The notes under the pieces: model-generated | The model's database searches: none | What the model was told of the DNA's origin: nothing | Seen by the model: the letters and a program-made list of their open reading frames with translations, nothing else | Made by a program: the position numbers and the translations under genes | Assembly (NCBI GenBank): GCA_039621445.1 | Contig: CP154954.1 | Span: 21,774,954 to 21,838,953 of the forward strand | Direction: 5' to 3' | From: Euglena gracilis | Lineage: Eukaryota | DNA: 64,000 bases | Shown: positions 36,666 to 49,302 of the stretch, piece by piece | How positions within the stretch are numbered: position 1 is the stretch's first letter | How the letters are laid out: every line of letters begins with the position of its first letter

Positions 36666-36933
36666 CAGGGGATTTTTTTTTAGCCGTGGAACCCCGGGGG
36701 GGGGGGGGTCCCGCCGAGCCCCCCCCCCCGGGGGTCCCCCAGGGGCGGGTGGGATACTTTTCGGCGCCGAAGGCGCCGAAAATTTTTGAAAAAGGTGCTA
36801 TTTTGGCATTTTTCGCGATCTTTTGGCCTTTTCGGGGAAAAGTGGGTTGGGTCACCCGGGACCCCCCTCTGGGGGCGGCCCCCCCCCCCAGAGGGTGGGG
36901 GGACCTCCCTTCCCCCCGGTCTTAAAAAACCTG
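36666..36933. mobile_element. hAT-type MITE, family G
   Basis: CAGGGGATTTTTT…TTAAAAAACCTG; TSD GTTTCAAC at 36658-36665 and 36934-36941. Confidence 0.9.
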
Positions 36934-38733
36934 GTTTCAACAAATGTGGGTGTGTGAGTGGGACAGTACCCCCCCTTGACACGGCGTGTCGTTGACACAC
37001 CCCGTGTCAACGACACTTTTCTGGAACACTACCTTTTGAATCACAGTGACATTGACATGGCGTGCCGTTGACACACCCCCCGTGTCAACGGCACTCTCCT
37101 GGAACATTGGCGTGTCAACGACAAGGGGGGGAGATACCTCCCCAGGCGCTTGCCATCCCCCTGGGCGTTTGGCCCCCCTCCTCCCTTGAATGGAAACTTG
37201 CCCCCCCCGAAGTTGTCCTTCGGCCTTAACCTGCGACCTTGGTCCCCCATCTTTAAGGGGTTTGGCCTATTCTGCGCATGGCCCGCCGAAATTCTTGACA
37301 TGCAAACTTGACACCCTAAGATTGGCCCCGGCCATTCCTTCGATCATGGCCCGGGCCATGCGCCCAGGGGGGGGGGACCCCTGAGGGGTCACCAAAATCT
37401 TGGGGATATTCTTTGAACAACTGACCAGGGCAAATGTGTTCCATGTAAAGTGTTGAGCCACAGTTGTCAGTTTAGCTCAATGTGGCTGTTTCTGTTATTT
37501 GATTGCGTTTGATTGCTTTTCTGCTGCAGCCAATTCATATTGTTATTCTAAAGCATAACCATCTGTACAGTTTGTTACCGGACAAGCACCATAATTTCAG
37601 CATATTCTGCAAGCTATGCAGGCATCCTTCTCGCATTTCGACCACTTTAAGAACTGAAGAACCACCCTTTGGCCTAAGGGCTGACCAACAGCCGGTCTGG
37701 GAATCGAATGTAGATGAAAATTAATAGTCGAGCCCCGCATCTTTTGATGTTTGGGTGGATGGGTAATGGTCCAAGGATGCCAGAATCACCTTTTGGGGTC
37801 CTTTTTCCTGTGAATTTTTCATTGAATGTGTTGGGAAGGGTTATTTTTGTTGCTTAAGGACTGCCCTGCTTCTGGTACTGTATTTTGGAGTTCAGCATAT
37901 TGAGTGAAACGTTCCAGTGTTCATAATCCTCCATGGAATTCTCTTCTAAAAAGCTTACAATGCAATCCACAAATTAAATATGGGGTTCATGCGCAAGGAG
38001 TTCACTCATCAAGACTGGACCTGCAGCCATGCTCAGCAGATATGCTCTGTCGCCCCCTCTAACATAAACCTGTTGTGAAGGTTGTTTAAGCTTTCATTCC
38101 ATCGCCAAGTGCAAGGCACGGGGCCGCCCATCCATCCTGTAATTCTGTTTCTTTTCTTGTTACACACATCTTGCATCTGGGCTGCATTATTTTCTCAGAG
38201 AAACTCCACACGAGAAGAGTATTTTTGGAGAGAAGTGTATTTTTGTTGTTGTTTTTGGCAGAAATTACACTCTGAAGGATCTTTGCATAATTTCTGTGCT
38301 TTTGTGCGGCTTTTTATTTTTTCCTCGTTTATGTGCAAGAAAAAGCCTGCAGTGTGCAGAATGTGCGGTCGTTCACCTGCCCATGTGCACATTTTGCACT
38401 CCTTGTAACCATACCTCTTACCCGCCCCTTTGCAAGGGGATTTTTTTTCGTGTTTTTTTTATTAAACCGCGAATTTGAAGAAATTCGCGTTCTGCGTGTT
38501 TTTGTTTGTTTGTGTGTGTTTTCTGGCAATTTTTCGATTTCTTCTGGTTATTTCTTCTAAGTCCAACAAATTCCGTGCACTTAAAAAAATGCCCTGTTTG
38601 GGCATCATTTTCCCCTGAGACCAAATTTTTTGTTGATTCTTTGTATTTTCTTGGCCAACAATAAAATTGCATATTCATTTTGATCCCGCACGTTTCCTAA
38701 ATTTAAACAAAACAATATAAAGCAAAACACAAT

Positions 38734-39751
38734 CAGGCTGTATTTTAGTCGGGTGCCGACCCCACCCCGGGGGCAGGCACCTATGCCGACCGCAGCCGAC
38801 CGCAGCCGACCGCAGCCGACCGCGGCCGACCGCGGGTTTCAGGACTGTCATAGGTGGGGTGCCGACCGCAGCCGACCGCAGCCGACCGCAGCCGACTGCA
38901 GCCGACCGCGCAACTTTTTTCTAATTGATGTCAATTTTTCAGTGAGAATAAGGAATTAGGCTCATTTTTATCCCAGATGTTGAGATTTTTCTGGCTCATC
39001 TGGCTGATGTTGCCACTTTTGGCCACTTTTGGCCATTTTTGGCCATTTTTGGTCGCTTTTGTCCCCTTTTGGCCCATTTGCCACCATAATTCACCCATTT
39101 TGACCCATTTTGACCATTTTTGGCCACTTTTTGCCCACTTCTTGTAATTTTGGGCTATTTTGGCCTGCTCTTGGGCCATTTTGGGCCATTTAGGGCCATT
39201 TTTGACCATTTAAAGCCACTTTCGACCTTTTCTTTTGGGCAAAGGCAGCAAAAATCGACCAAAAGTCGGCAACAGTGGCCAAAAGCAGTCCAAAAGCATT
39301 AAAAACTGGCCAAAAGCAGCGAAAAGTGGCCAAAAGTCGGCAACAGTGGATTGTGTGATTGTGATATATGCTCATTTTTTGTTGGCCTGCCCCCCACCAA
39401 CAGCCAACTACTTTGCCGACCGCAGCCGACCGCAGCCGACCGCGGCCGACCACAGCCGACCGCGGACTAAAATTTGGAATCTGTCATAGGTGCTTGCCCG
39501 GGGGGGGGGGTGCCTGCCTGGGCAGGCACCCCAAGGCACTCCAAATCCGACCCCCCCGGGGGGGGGGGCACGGCCAAAAGTGCCCTAGCACAGACCCCGA
39601 TGCCGAAGGCGCCGGGGAGCCAAAAATGGCCTATTTTCAAAGGAATGTGCCTGGGCACAGGTCGAAATCCGACCCCCCAGGGGGGGGGGTAGTGCCTGCC
39701 TGGGCAGGCACTCCGGACCCCCCTCCCCCCCGGGTTGGTAAAAACAGCCTG
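38734..39751. mobile_element. hAT-type MITE, family B, hosting a nested MITE
   Basis: TIR CAGGCTGT…ACAGCCTG; TSD AACACAAT at 38726-38733 and 39752-39759. Confidence 0.93.
38774..39496. mobile_element. hAT-type MITE, family C, nested in family B
   Basis: TIR CAGGCACCTATG / CATAGGTGCTTG; TSD CCCGGGGG at 38766-38773 and 39497-39504; 10-bp subterminal repeats GCCGACCGCA near both ends. Related end at ~4555-4629. Confidence 0.93.
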
Positions 39752-40745
39752 AACACAATCATTCTTTTTGAATTTTTTTGCTTAAAAAGCATTTTCTTTG
39801 AAAAATTTGCAGTTTTGCTGAGTTTTTGTTGCTTTTTTGCAATAAAAATTATGCAAACAATTAAAATATGCAACATATGAATGCTAAAATGCTAAATCAT
39901 GATAAAACTCGCCTAGGCCTGTCGAGCAAAATCAAGAAATACAATCCCCTCCCAAATTTAAGACCCCCCGTTGATGGCACGAAGCACCTGGGATGGTATA
40001 AAAGTCCCTGAAAAGTTGCCAAAAACCCATTTTCAGGCCCAAGAATGATGAAAATTGAGATATTTTGAATCCCCCCCGGCTCCGGTGGTCAATGATAATA
40101 ATAATAATAATCCCCCCGCTCTGATTGTTGATTGTGATGATTGCTCAACCTTGTTGATGAAAACAATGTTTCAGCAGATAAGTCCGAAAACCGCAGAACC
40201 CATGCTGGGTGTGCCGTCTCTCGTGCCACCTACCAATCTTTGTCTTGCTTCACACTGTTGGAGATTTTTTTTTGGACCTGGGGTTTTTGGTTCCGGACCC
40301 ACCCACCCACCCTCTGGGGGTCTGGGGAGGGAGGCGCTTGGAGGGATGCTTTTGGGACGCTTTGGGTCAAAATTTGGGTCTAAAATTTTTCGGTGCTTTG
40401 CGCCGAAAATAGAGGAAGACCCTGCCTTCGGCAGGGTATCCACTTGGCCGACCCCCCACCAGGGGGGGGGGGGGGACTCGGCTGGGACCCACCCCCACCC
40501 ACCCACCCCGGGTCACGAAAGCTTTAAAAAAAATCTCTGCCCCCTGTGCCTGTCAACGTTGGGGGAACAACCTTGGGGTATGGAGTTTCAAAGGCTGAAT
40601 AAGAGAAGCCGTGTCCTCACAGTGTCGAGTCTCACCCCTGTGTTGATTGTCTCTGGATACTGCTTTGGTGGGGGGTGATGGGCAGTATGCTCTGTTCTTA
40701 CCCCGGGGGGGGGGGGGCGGGGGGCATTTTCCACTTTCAAAAAGC

Positions 40746-42225
40746 CAGTCACTTCTTGACCCCCCCCCCTCGGTCGGTCAGTCACTCTTGCCACATGGCC
40801 GAAAATGGCCAAAAATCAAAGGATTTTGGTCAAAAATTCAAATAATTATAATTTCGGCGCCAGGGGAGCACTTCTGGACAATCCTGGCCGACCTCACCCC
40901 CAGCCCGGCGGGGGGGGGGGGGGGCTCTGGAGCCAAAAAAACCAATCAGGAACCCCTCAGGGAGGTGGGGTGGGACACACCTTAAGCAATGGTATGCCCC
41001 CACCCCTGTGTCCAACCAACACTTAGGTGGCAAAGTGTGGTCCGAATAGACACGGAGTATCTTTGAATTAATTTGAATTAAAGATAACAATCTCTGACAA
41101 CAAATTACGGAGAAATCGATTTTTCTGAGTCATCTGGCCTCCAAAAATGCTAAATTTTATGAGAAAGTACAAAAAAAATGGCCCCAAAGGGGGGGTTTTG
41201 GGTGCTATTTTGGGTCTTACGGGACTTTTGGGAAATATCCCCAAATAATACCCTCCCCCCCCTCGGGCTGGGACTTCGGGCGAAAAAATAATTAATAATA
41301 ATTCCCGGGGTATTATTTTTGGGGGGGTTTACCCCCGGGTGCTTGGCCCCCTCATCCTTCCATGCAAATTTGATGGCCCCCCTACAGTTGGCCTTCGGCC
41401 CTTTGCACATGGTCGCCAACATGCATTCTTAACATGCAAACTTGGCCCCTGGACTAACCTTCAATCATGGCCGGACAAGCGCCGGGGGTTTATCCCCCCC
41501 CCCAGGCCACGCTGGCTGCTGAGCCCCCCCCCCCGCCCCCCAGGAAACGGTCACTTCTGTTCCAGACCTTGGCAACTCTCTATCATCGCAGGTTGTCGAG
41601 TCCTGGGCACCTGACAGTGTCCCGGACGGGCTTTTCAACGGAAAGTGAATGAAGTTTGAACCCGACCGGCTGGCCGGCCACCGCCATGTCCCCCACCCCG
41701 CCAGGAGCCTTTCAGTTATCGTTTCCCTCGGGCCCTGCGATGGCCTCGCCTCCGCCCTCTCAGGGCCCCCCCGTCGACGTTCCCACCCCAGTGACAAGGG
41801 GGCACCGCCACCGCAGCGGGACGTTGGTTGGCCGTTCGGGGACGGCGCAGCCATCCTGTCCCAAACCAGTGGGCGGGGCAGGGTGGGTGGGACTCTTGTG
41901 CGGTCATTTCAAAGATACTCCGTGTCTATTCGGACCACACTTTGCCACCTAAGTGTTGGTTGGACACAGGGGTGGGGGCATACCACTGCTTAAGGTGTGT
42001 CCCACCCCACCTCCCTGAGGGGTTCCTGATTGGTTTTTTGGCTCCAGAGCCCCCCCCCCCCCCGCCGGGCTGGGGGTGAGGTCGGCCAGGATTGTCCAGA
42101 AGTGCTCCCCTGGCGCTGAAATTATAATTATTTGAATTTTTGACCAAAATCCTTTGATTTTTGGCCATTTTCGACCATGTGGCAAGAGTGACTGACCAAC
42201 CGGGGGGGGGGGAGGAAGTGATTGA
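40746..42225. repeat. Near-identical ~320-bp inverted repeat (40746-41067 / 41908-42225) around a ~840-bp spacer
   Basis: The arms align as reverse complements with few differences. 42226-42310 additionally matches 40265-40359 inverted. Confidence 0.95.
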
Positions 42226-43223
42226 CGTCCCAAAAGCATCCCCCCAAGCACCCCTCCCTCCCGGAGGGTGGGTGGGTGGGTCCGGAACCAAAACCCCAGG
42301 TCCAAAAAAACCTACAACAGGGGGATGTTTTCGGTTTGCCAGAAGGGTTTTGCTAATTTCCCTATCAAACCCTGCCAGCCGGTACCAACCACCCCGGCCA
42401 ACTCCCCAACCGCTTTCGTGGGCGGTCACCTTCCCCATTTTTTTTGACATTTCGAGAGTCAGCTGACCCGCAGTTTCTGTGCAACCAGGAATCAGCTTAA
42501 GGATTTGCAGTTCCGGGGCGGGGGGGGGGGTGGCTGGACTGCAGCCAGTCCAAAAAGCATCCAGTGGAATTTTGAGTGTACCACCCCCCTAAGAGGCGAT
42601 CTGTTAGCAGCCCCAGTTTGTGGAAAATTTTCAAGTGACCAGCACAGAGTACTGGAAAATTTTTCCTGCCACGCAAAACACCTGGAAGGAACCTGCCAGA
42701 AATGTCTGTTTTTTTTGCATTTTTCGAATTTTTTGGGAACAAAATCCACAAAATACCGTGTTAAAACCCTCATTTCCACATCGGCGCGCAGCGCCAAAGA
42801 AATTTTTTTCCCAGTCAGGGGGACCCCAGGACCCTCCCCTCGGGGAGAGGGGGGTTCCTGGGGTCCCCCTTGGTTTTTTTCCTCATCTGGTGACTTTCTG
42901 CAGTTATTCCAAAATTCCCAGCCAGTGGGCCCACCTGGAGTCTTTAAGCTGAGGCCTATGTGCGACTCCAGCCACCCTGCCGGGTCAGAAGATTGTGTGT
43001 CTGCTCTTGTCTTCCTTGTTCCCCCTGTCGTCTGTGTTGACGCCATTTGATGACCCGTTCTGCCGTGCGCGGCGTGTCTGCACGCTCTCTTGTAAAATAG
43101 GCGGACCAACCTGGGCTGTACATGGCTTCACCCAGTGCCGCGCAACCGTTCACAACTTTTGAACATTTTCCTGATTAATTTACAATAACCCCCCCCACAC
43201 TGGTATTTGGATCCTGAACCAAT

Positions 43224-43590
43224 GGGCGAATGCGAAAAACCCTGCGGGGGGGGGGGGGGGTATTTGGTGGGTTTGAACGTTAGGAACCTCTTGTAGGCCA
43301 AAACGCAACACAATGGGGGGTTTCCAGCAAAGTCAATCTCAGGGGGTCTCAGGGGCAAGCTGCAGCACAAGAGGGCACCTCTGGAAGGATGCCCGGCACC
43401 ACGTATTTGGTCCTGACCAAGGGCGAATGCGAAAACCTGCGGGGGGGGGGGTATTTTGGGGGGTTTGCACGTTAGGAACCTCTTGTAGGCCAAACGCAAA
43501 TGGGTCAGCAAAGTCAAAGTATCAGTGGGGTCAAGGTTGCAAGCTTAGCACAAGAGGCAAACTCTGGGAGGATGACCGGCACACGATATA
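43224..43590. repeat. Tandem duplication, ~197-bp period
   Basis: GGGCGAATGCGAAAA…CGTTAGGAACCTCTTGTAGGCCAAA at 43224 and 43421. Confidence 0.85.
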
Positions 43591-44579
43591 ACGTTCCAGA
43601 GTGCATAACCTTTCATAACCTTTCAAAGAAATATGTATTCAGTTTGGGGCTGCCGACCCATTCCAATCATTCACCACAGCAAACTCACTGTTTGGCAAAC
43701 GCTGCAATTCATTTGGACATTTTGACATCATCATCCAATGATAAAACCCTTGCAAAATCCAGTCCCTGCAATTCCACCATTGTGCAAGCCATTTCTCTGT
43801 TTGTCCGTTTCGCTGTGCTCACCAATGTGTAGGCATCTTTGGGTTTTGAGATTGGTGGAAGGGGGACTGTCCTGACCCCCCCTTCCTTTCGAGATTTTGG
43901 GAGGGGTGGTCCGACCCACCCACTCCCCATAGCCAGAAGCCGGGTTTGCAAGAGATTTTCTTCCCACGCTGTGCACTGGAGATGGGGAAAATATATTTTT
44001 CAAATATAGTATTTCATTTTCAATGTTTCAAATTTTCTTTTTTCGCACTCTGCTGCATCTTCATGTATTTTCTCAGATTTGTATTTTTCATTTTCTGCAA
44101 AATCAATTTTTTTAAACCAACAAATTTTTCCCTTTCTGAAAAAATTTCATACGCATTCCAGCACATTACAAAGGAAGTTTTTCCTCGTGCTAAAGACACA
44201 CCAAGCCTCCGAAAGTAACGAGACACGCCATACTGGGCGAAATGGTCAAGTTTCAGGTCAAGAATTGCATTTTTTTTTGCTGACATTCGGGCATTTTTTC
44301 CAAGTTGGTGAATACGTGGCTTGAGGCCAGCTTCCGGGGGGGGGGGGATGCTGATTAGGCCCTCCGGGATGGGGTTCTTCAGCCCTTCAACGACTCCCAG
44401 GTCAAACCAGCAAAGAAACAATTTTAAAACAACAAAAATCATATGAATGCGTCATAGTTGTTTTTTTTTAATCCCCTCCTCCCCACTGTTGATTCCCCCA
44501 GCACAGTGTTGCATTAAGACCCCCTTCAGGCGTTCTGGCTACAGCTGCAAACTGAGGGCCACCAAATGGAGATCCGGGT

Positions 44580-44868
44580 CAGGTTGTATTTTAGTCGGGT
44601 GCTGACCCCACCTCGGGGGGGTTCCTGTCTGTGCTGGCACTCCAAGGCACTCCAAATCCAACCCCCGGGGGGGGCACACGGCATCTAAGGGGGGAGCACA
44701 CGGCCAAAGGTGCCCTTGCACAGACTCCGGGAGCCAAAAATGGCCTATTTTCAAAGGAATGTGCCTGGGCACAGGCCGAAATCCAACCCCCAGGGGGGGT
44801 AGTGCCTGCCTGGGCAGGCACCCCAAGGCACTCCAGACCCCCCGGGGTTGGTAAAAAAAAACAGCCTG
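44580..44868. mobile_element. hAT-type MITE, family B (older copy)
   Basis: CAGGTTGTATTTT…AAAAACAGCCTG; internal similarity to the 16044 and 38734 copies; decayed TSD ATCCGGGT / ATCTGGCC. Confidence 0.85.
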
Positions 44869-46095
44869 ATCTGGCCGAAGGGCAGGTGGACAGCTGGGGG
44901 AATTCTTTTGAAACAAATGTGACAATGAAAAGGTAACGTCCCGAAAACCACCTTCAAAATGGGTCGAAAATGGGCTGTTCAACGCAAAGTATTTAAGTTT
45001 TGTCTTTAAGCAGGCTGTCTCGGACTATTTAGGCTCGTTTTAATTCTTCCGGGTCTGTTTCAACCCACCCCCCAGGGTCCCCCAGGGGGTTTAGCCAGCC
45101 CAAGTGTTCTGCCCCCCCCCCCCCCCCCCCCGGACGCTGGGGCCTCCTTCTCCTCCCTCTTTTATATGCAGAATTTGGCCCCTCAGAAGTTGTCGTTCGG
45201 CCTTAACTTGCTGCCTTGCCCCCCCCATTTTTTTAGGCTTTTTGGCCTTGCACATGACCCGCCGAATCCTCACATGCAAACTTGGCCACCCCAAGGTTGG
45301 CCCCCACGTTTTGCCTTCCATCAGGGCCAAGCGTAGCACTTGAGCAAAAACCCCCGAGATCATTAAAGCAGTCCCTTTGCCTGACTGAGCAGTGGTACCT
45401 CCTGGTAGCCGTGGACCCTGCAGACCACCTCCGGGGTCTTCTTCGGGACACGGCCGCAGGGAACGGGCCGGGGTTCTGGTCCGCCCCGCCGGCACTGCCG
45501 GTCCCCCAGTGCCGCCTGTGCTCCCCCAGGGGTGCAGATGGCGCCGCGCCGAGGAGACGGGGGCCCGGCGGCCGCCCGCCGCCGCTAGCTGCATGCGGGG
45601 TCCCTCCGAGGCGTGAGCCCTCACCCCCTCCCCCACAATGGCAACCCGTCATTTTCCCTTTGGGTGCTTGGCATGTTTGTTCATTGTTGGCACTTGTAGT
45701 GCAGCAGGGAGGGGAAAAATGCTCACTATGCAGTTTTTTTTACAGTTTTTGTGGTTCGATTTTTTCCAGTGCTTGTTTGAGGGGGGAAAAATTCCTGTGA
45801 GAATTTTTGTGTTTTTTAGTTTTTTAGTTTTTTGTAAATTTTTTACATGTATCCATTTATCTATTTATATATTTACATTTATGTTTTATCTTTCAACAAA
45901 CCGTTTTGGAAAAGACATGGAACTCTCCTTAGTTCCTTTCGATAGAATGTTGCAAGGATTTTTGTATATGTGTATTTTTTTACACATACAAGTGAAGTTT
46001 TCCACTTCGCCGTGTGTATATCCCCCCCTGTTTTTTGCATGGCCTTTGTTCAATGGCGAACCGCTGCTCATATCGCCCCCTCCCTGTCCCCCCAG

Positions 46096-46132
46096 CAGCC
46101 GCCGGTAGTGCTCGTGCTGTCGATCGACCTCG
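46096..46132 (+). CDS. Multi-exon gene X, exon QPPVVLVLSIDL (start codon not resolved; candidate upstream exon ~45530-45610)
   Basis: CAG acceptor; GT donor at 46133, phase 1, joins in frame to 46764. Confidence 0.8.
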
Positions 46133-46763
46133 GTGTGCCTTTCCACTTGCTGCCGTGCACCTCTGTGGTCTGGGGTGGTCCAAAGGATGGTCCTCTCCCC
46201 AACCCAACGTTCCACACGGGCGGGGGGGGAGGGGGGACACAACGGATCCGCAACGCCTGCGGATCCGGTCAGCAGCCGGCTGGGAAGAACCCGCAGGTGC
46301 CCTTCACGGAGGCCGTCAGGGGTTCAGAATGGGCAGCATTGTTGCCCACCAACGGACCCATGCTCAAGGTGGCCGTCCCGTCGGCGCCTTTCCACAAACG
46401 TCCTGTCCGGCGAATGAGCCCATATGCTGCCCCCCTGGCACAGTTGCCCATATGGGAGTCCAGAGAGCAACAGCAACACGGGACAGGTGTGCAGGCGGCA
46501 AAAGCTGCGCCAGGGATGTTGGCCAACACCTTCGAAGATAGTCTTCGCTTTCTCGAGATATTTTTGAAAAATTGTTTTTTTTTGGAGGCAAAGTGGACTC
46601 CGGTGAGGCTTCCGCGGAGTATTTCTTCAGTTTGGTTGCCCCAGAGGGGGGAGGGGTGGGGTGAGTCCCCCCCGAGCCGGGGGGGCAGGTGAGTGGTCCT
46701 GACCTCCCCCCTCCTTCGGGTCCGAGAAAAAAAACCTCTGGGCCGCCTGCACACGCGCCACAG

Positions 46764-46867
46764 ATGACGGCCGCAGCGACGAGCTGGTGCTGCGGCTCGG
46801 GGACGACGCCCTCGCGGTGGCGGTGCAGTTCGCGGTGCGGAACGACCTGCCCCCCAGTGCGGTGGAC
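46764..46867 (+). CDS. Gene X exon DDGRSDELVLRLGDDALAVAVQFAVRNDLPPSAVD
   Basis: CAG acceptor; strongly GC3-rich. Resembles a small IDLxxG…GDDxxxxAxxFxxxxxL module I recall from protist coiled-coil proteins. Ends at a nonconventional donor. Confidence 0.85.
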
Positions 46868-48878
46868 GGCCCGGGCTGGACGGGGCTGGCGTTCATTTGG
46901 TGCGTCCGCCAAGGTCTTTGTAACATAAACAAATAAAATGAGCGTTTCAAAATTAAAAGCATACATGAACAACTGATGAACCTTTTTTCAAAATGAAAAT
47001 CGAGGTCAGGACGAGAAGGAATTTATTTCAGGGGGGGGGGTCCGGGCCAAAACCCAGTCCATTCTCCCTGAAGAAAATCATCACCCCCGGGCGGGGTCGG
47101 CCAGGGACTAAATGATTGTGGCAGCGATGGCTGGGGCTGAAGGATATGGGGGAATGACAAGCAGGCCGCAAACCGCCCCCTTTGTACACTGGGTTTCAGG
47201 GAATCCTCCAGATAATTCCTTGGAAGTGGTGGTTATTTGACACTTGAGAACCACACATTCTGAGCTCCACTATTTGCTAATAAGTTCCCAGCGCCACATT
47301 GTTCTGGCCCATTTAATTTTTGGGGTGACCAACAGTTTCAAAAAAACCAGAAAAAAACATCCAAAAGGAGTTGTGCACCCATGTTTTCATTAAAGTGTCC
47401 AGATTTTTGGAATCGTCTGCCAAAGACTTTCGAAGCTTGTCTATTTTTGAAAAAAATATTTTTTTCAGCAATTTGCACCCAACACCATCTTGCCTTTTTT
47501 TTACGGGTCTCACCTATTTTTATCTTCTTTTAAAAAACGAACATTCATTCAAAATAAAGATAAAAAAATAAGATGAATGAGGGTGTGTTTTTTTTTAACC
47601 TCCTGTGTATGAGGCATTCAAACAAGACACATCTTAATCATATATATGCTTAAAAATGTGCAAAATTTTTCAAAAATAGGTGATCATTCACAAAAATTAT
47701 ATTACAAATTATCAAAAAAATTGTAATTTTAATGGTTGGCTGTAAAAAAAAAATACAGAAAAAGTATTTTCTAGGTATTTTAATTTGTAAATCAGGCTCC
47801 TACACAAACCCTCCCAGGTGAAGGAAAAAAAACACTGAAGAGACCTGAAGCCACCAAATTTTTTGTCATTGCTTTTCCCTTGGATTCCAGAATGGCCAAC
47901 GCCCTTCCGGGGGGGGGGGGGCAGTGACTGACTGGTTTTCCAAAAAAAAATGACTGACTGGTTTTTGGAGGAGTGAAAGTGATTATTTGGGGGGTTGGTA
48001 AAAAAAATTGTGCAGCATAATTTCTTCAGCATTTGCGGGAAGAAAGCAGGATCCAGCTTCATCCACAAAAATCCGAAATACTTGAAGTTGAAAATGGTGG
48101 AAAATCGGGGAAACGGATTTGGCATGTTTTGCTTTGAAATAATGAGACAACCCCAACCAAGTCTTGGGGTTTCGGGACACACACACAACACACACACATG
48201 CATGCACGCATACATACATGCATGCATATGCACACATACGTGCATGCCTGCACGCATGCATGCATGCATGCATGTATGCATGCATGCATTAATACAGATA
48301 CATATACCAACATACAGACGTGCATGTATGTATGCATACATTCCTACATACACATATATACATACATGCATGCATACATACATACATATGCACGCTAAAA
48401 AAAATGTTCTGTTTGTTGAATTTTGGATGGAAACCAACAAAGATGCTCACCCAGTGCATTTTTTGGCTGAAAAAATACGCCCCCCCCTCCCCAGGGTTGC
48501 AAAGAAACCTGAGCCACGTTCTTCTTTGTGTCAACCAGGCCCTGCTGACCATTGGAATGAAGTTGCGGCCAATGAAGTTGCAGAGCTATGATTGGTCTGT
48601 TCGGTATCAGTGTGCAAAAATTTGGCGTTTGTCTGCAGGCTTACAAAAGCTGCCAGAATGTGTCCCAACATAATGTTGGCTGCCTGTCCGTATTTTGCAA
48701 ACATTCAGCGTGCACAAGACAAGTGATGGCTTCTCCACCACAGATGGGCCGATTTGGTTTGCCAACAGTCCATGTGCAGAGGTTGATTGCGGATAAAAAG
48801 CAGTGGCAGTTTCGGTTATGCTCTGGGACGATTTGCTCAAAGGAGTCTCCCTGGTGCTTCTCATCCAACCCGGTGGTC
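46868..48878 (+). other. Nonconventional (non-GT-AG) intron
   Basis: GAC|GGC CCGGGCTGGA…TCCAACCCGG TGGTC|AAC: 9 of 10 bp stem from +4 to -6, Y|R at both junctions, in-frame join. Confidence 0.75.
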
Positions 48879-48962
48879 AACCTGGCCCGGTTGACGCTGC
48901 AGAGTCTGCAAGACACAGTGGCGGCTAAAGCGGCAGCGGTGGAGAAAGCGAGGCCACTGAAG
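48879..48962 (+). CDS. Gene X exon NLARLTLQSLQDTVAAKAAAVEKARPLK
   Basis: 28 codons; GT donor at 48963. Confidence 0.75.
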
Positions 48963-49253
48963 GTGTGCAAGTGCTTCAAAAAAGAAACAATAAACGGCCA
49001 AGCACTGAGCAATTCGTCAAGGTTCATTCATTAGATGCTGTTGTCATGAACAAGCTTCAGCACAGAGGGAGGAGGCAGACAGACAGGCACACACCCACAC
49101 ACCCGCACAAAAACAAACACAATGGAATTTACAGCTTTTCACGGCTGCGCCGACCCCATCATTGCGTCGTTGTCTGAACAACCATTGAAACATCGCTGTG
49201 TTCTCACCTATATCATATCATCATACATTTCACACCATCATACCATCAAACAG

Positions 49254-49302
49254 GAAAGCTCGGCCAGAGCTCTTGCTCCTGCTGCCGCTCCAGCGCCTTG
49301 CA
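49254..49302 (+). CDS. Gene X candidate exon ESSARALAPAAAPAPC (further low-complexity exons likely at ~49585-49750 and ~50450-50557)
   Basis: CAG acceptor, phase 0; GTGAG donor candidate. 3' end uncertain. Confidence 0.5.
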
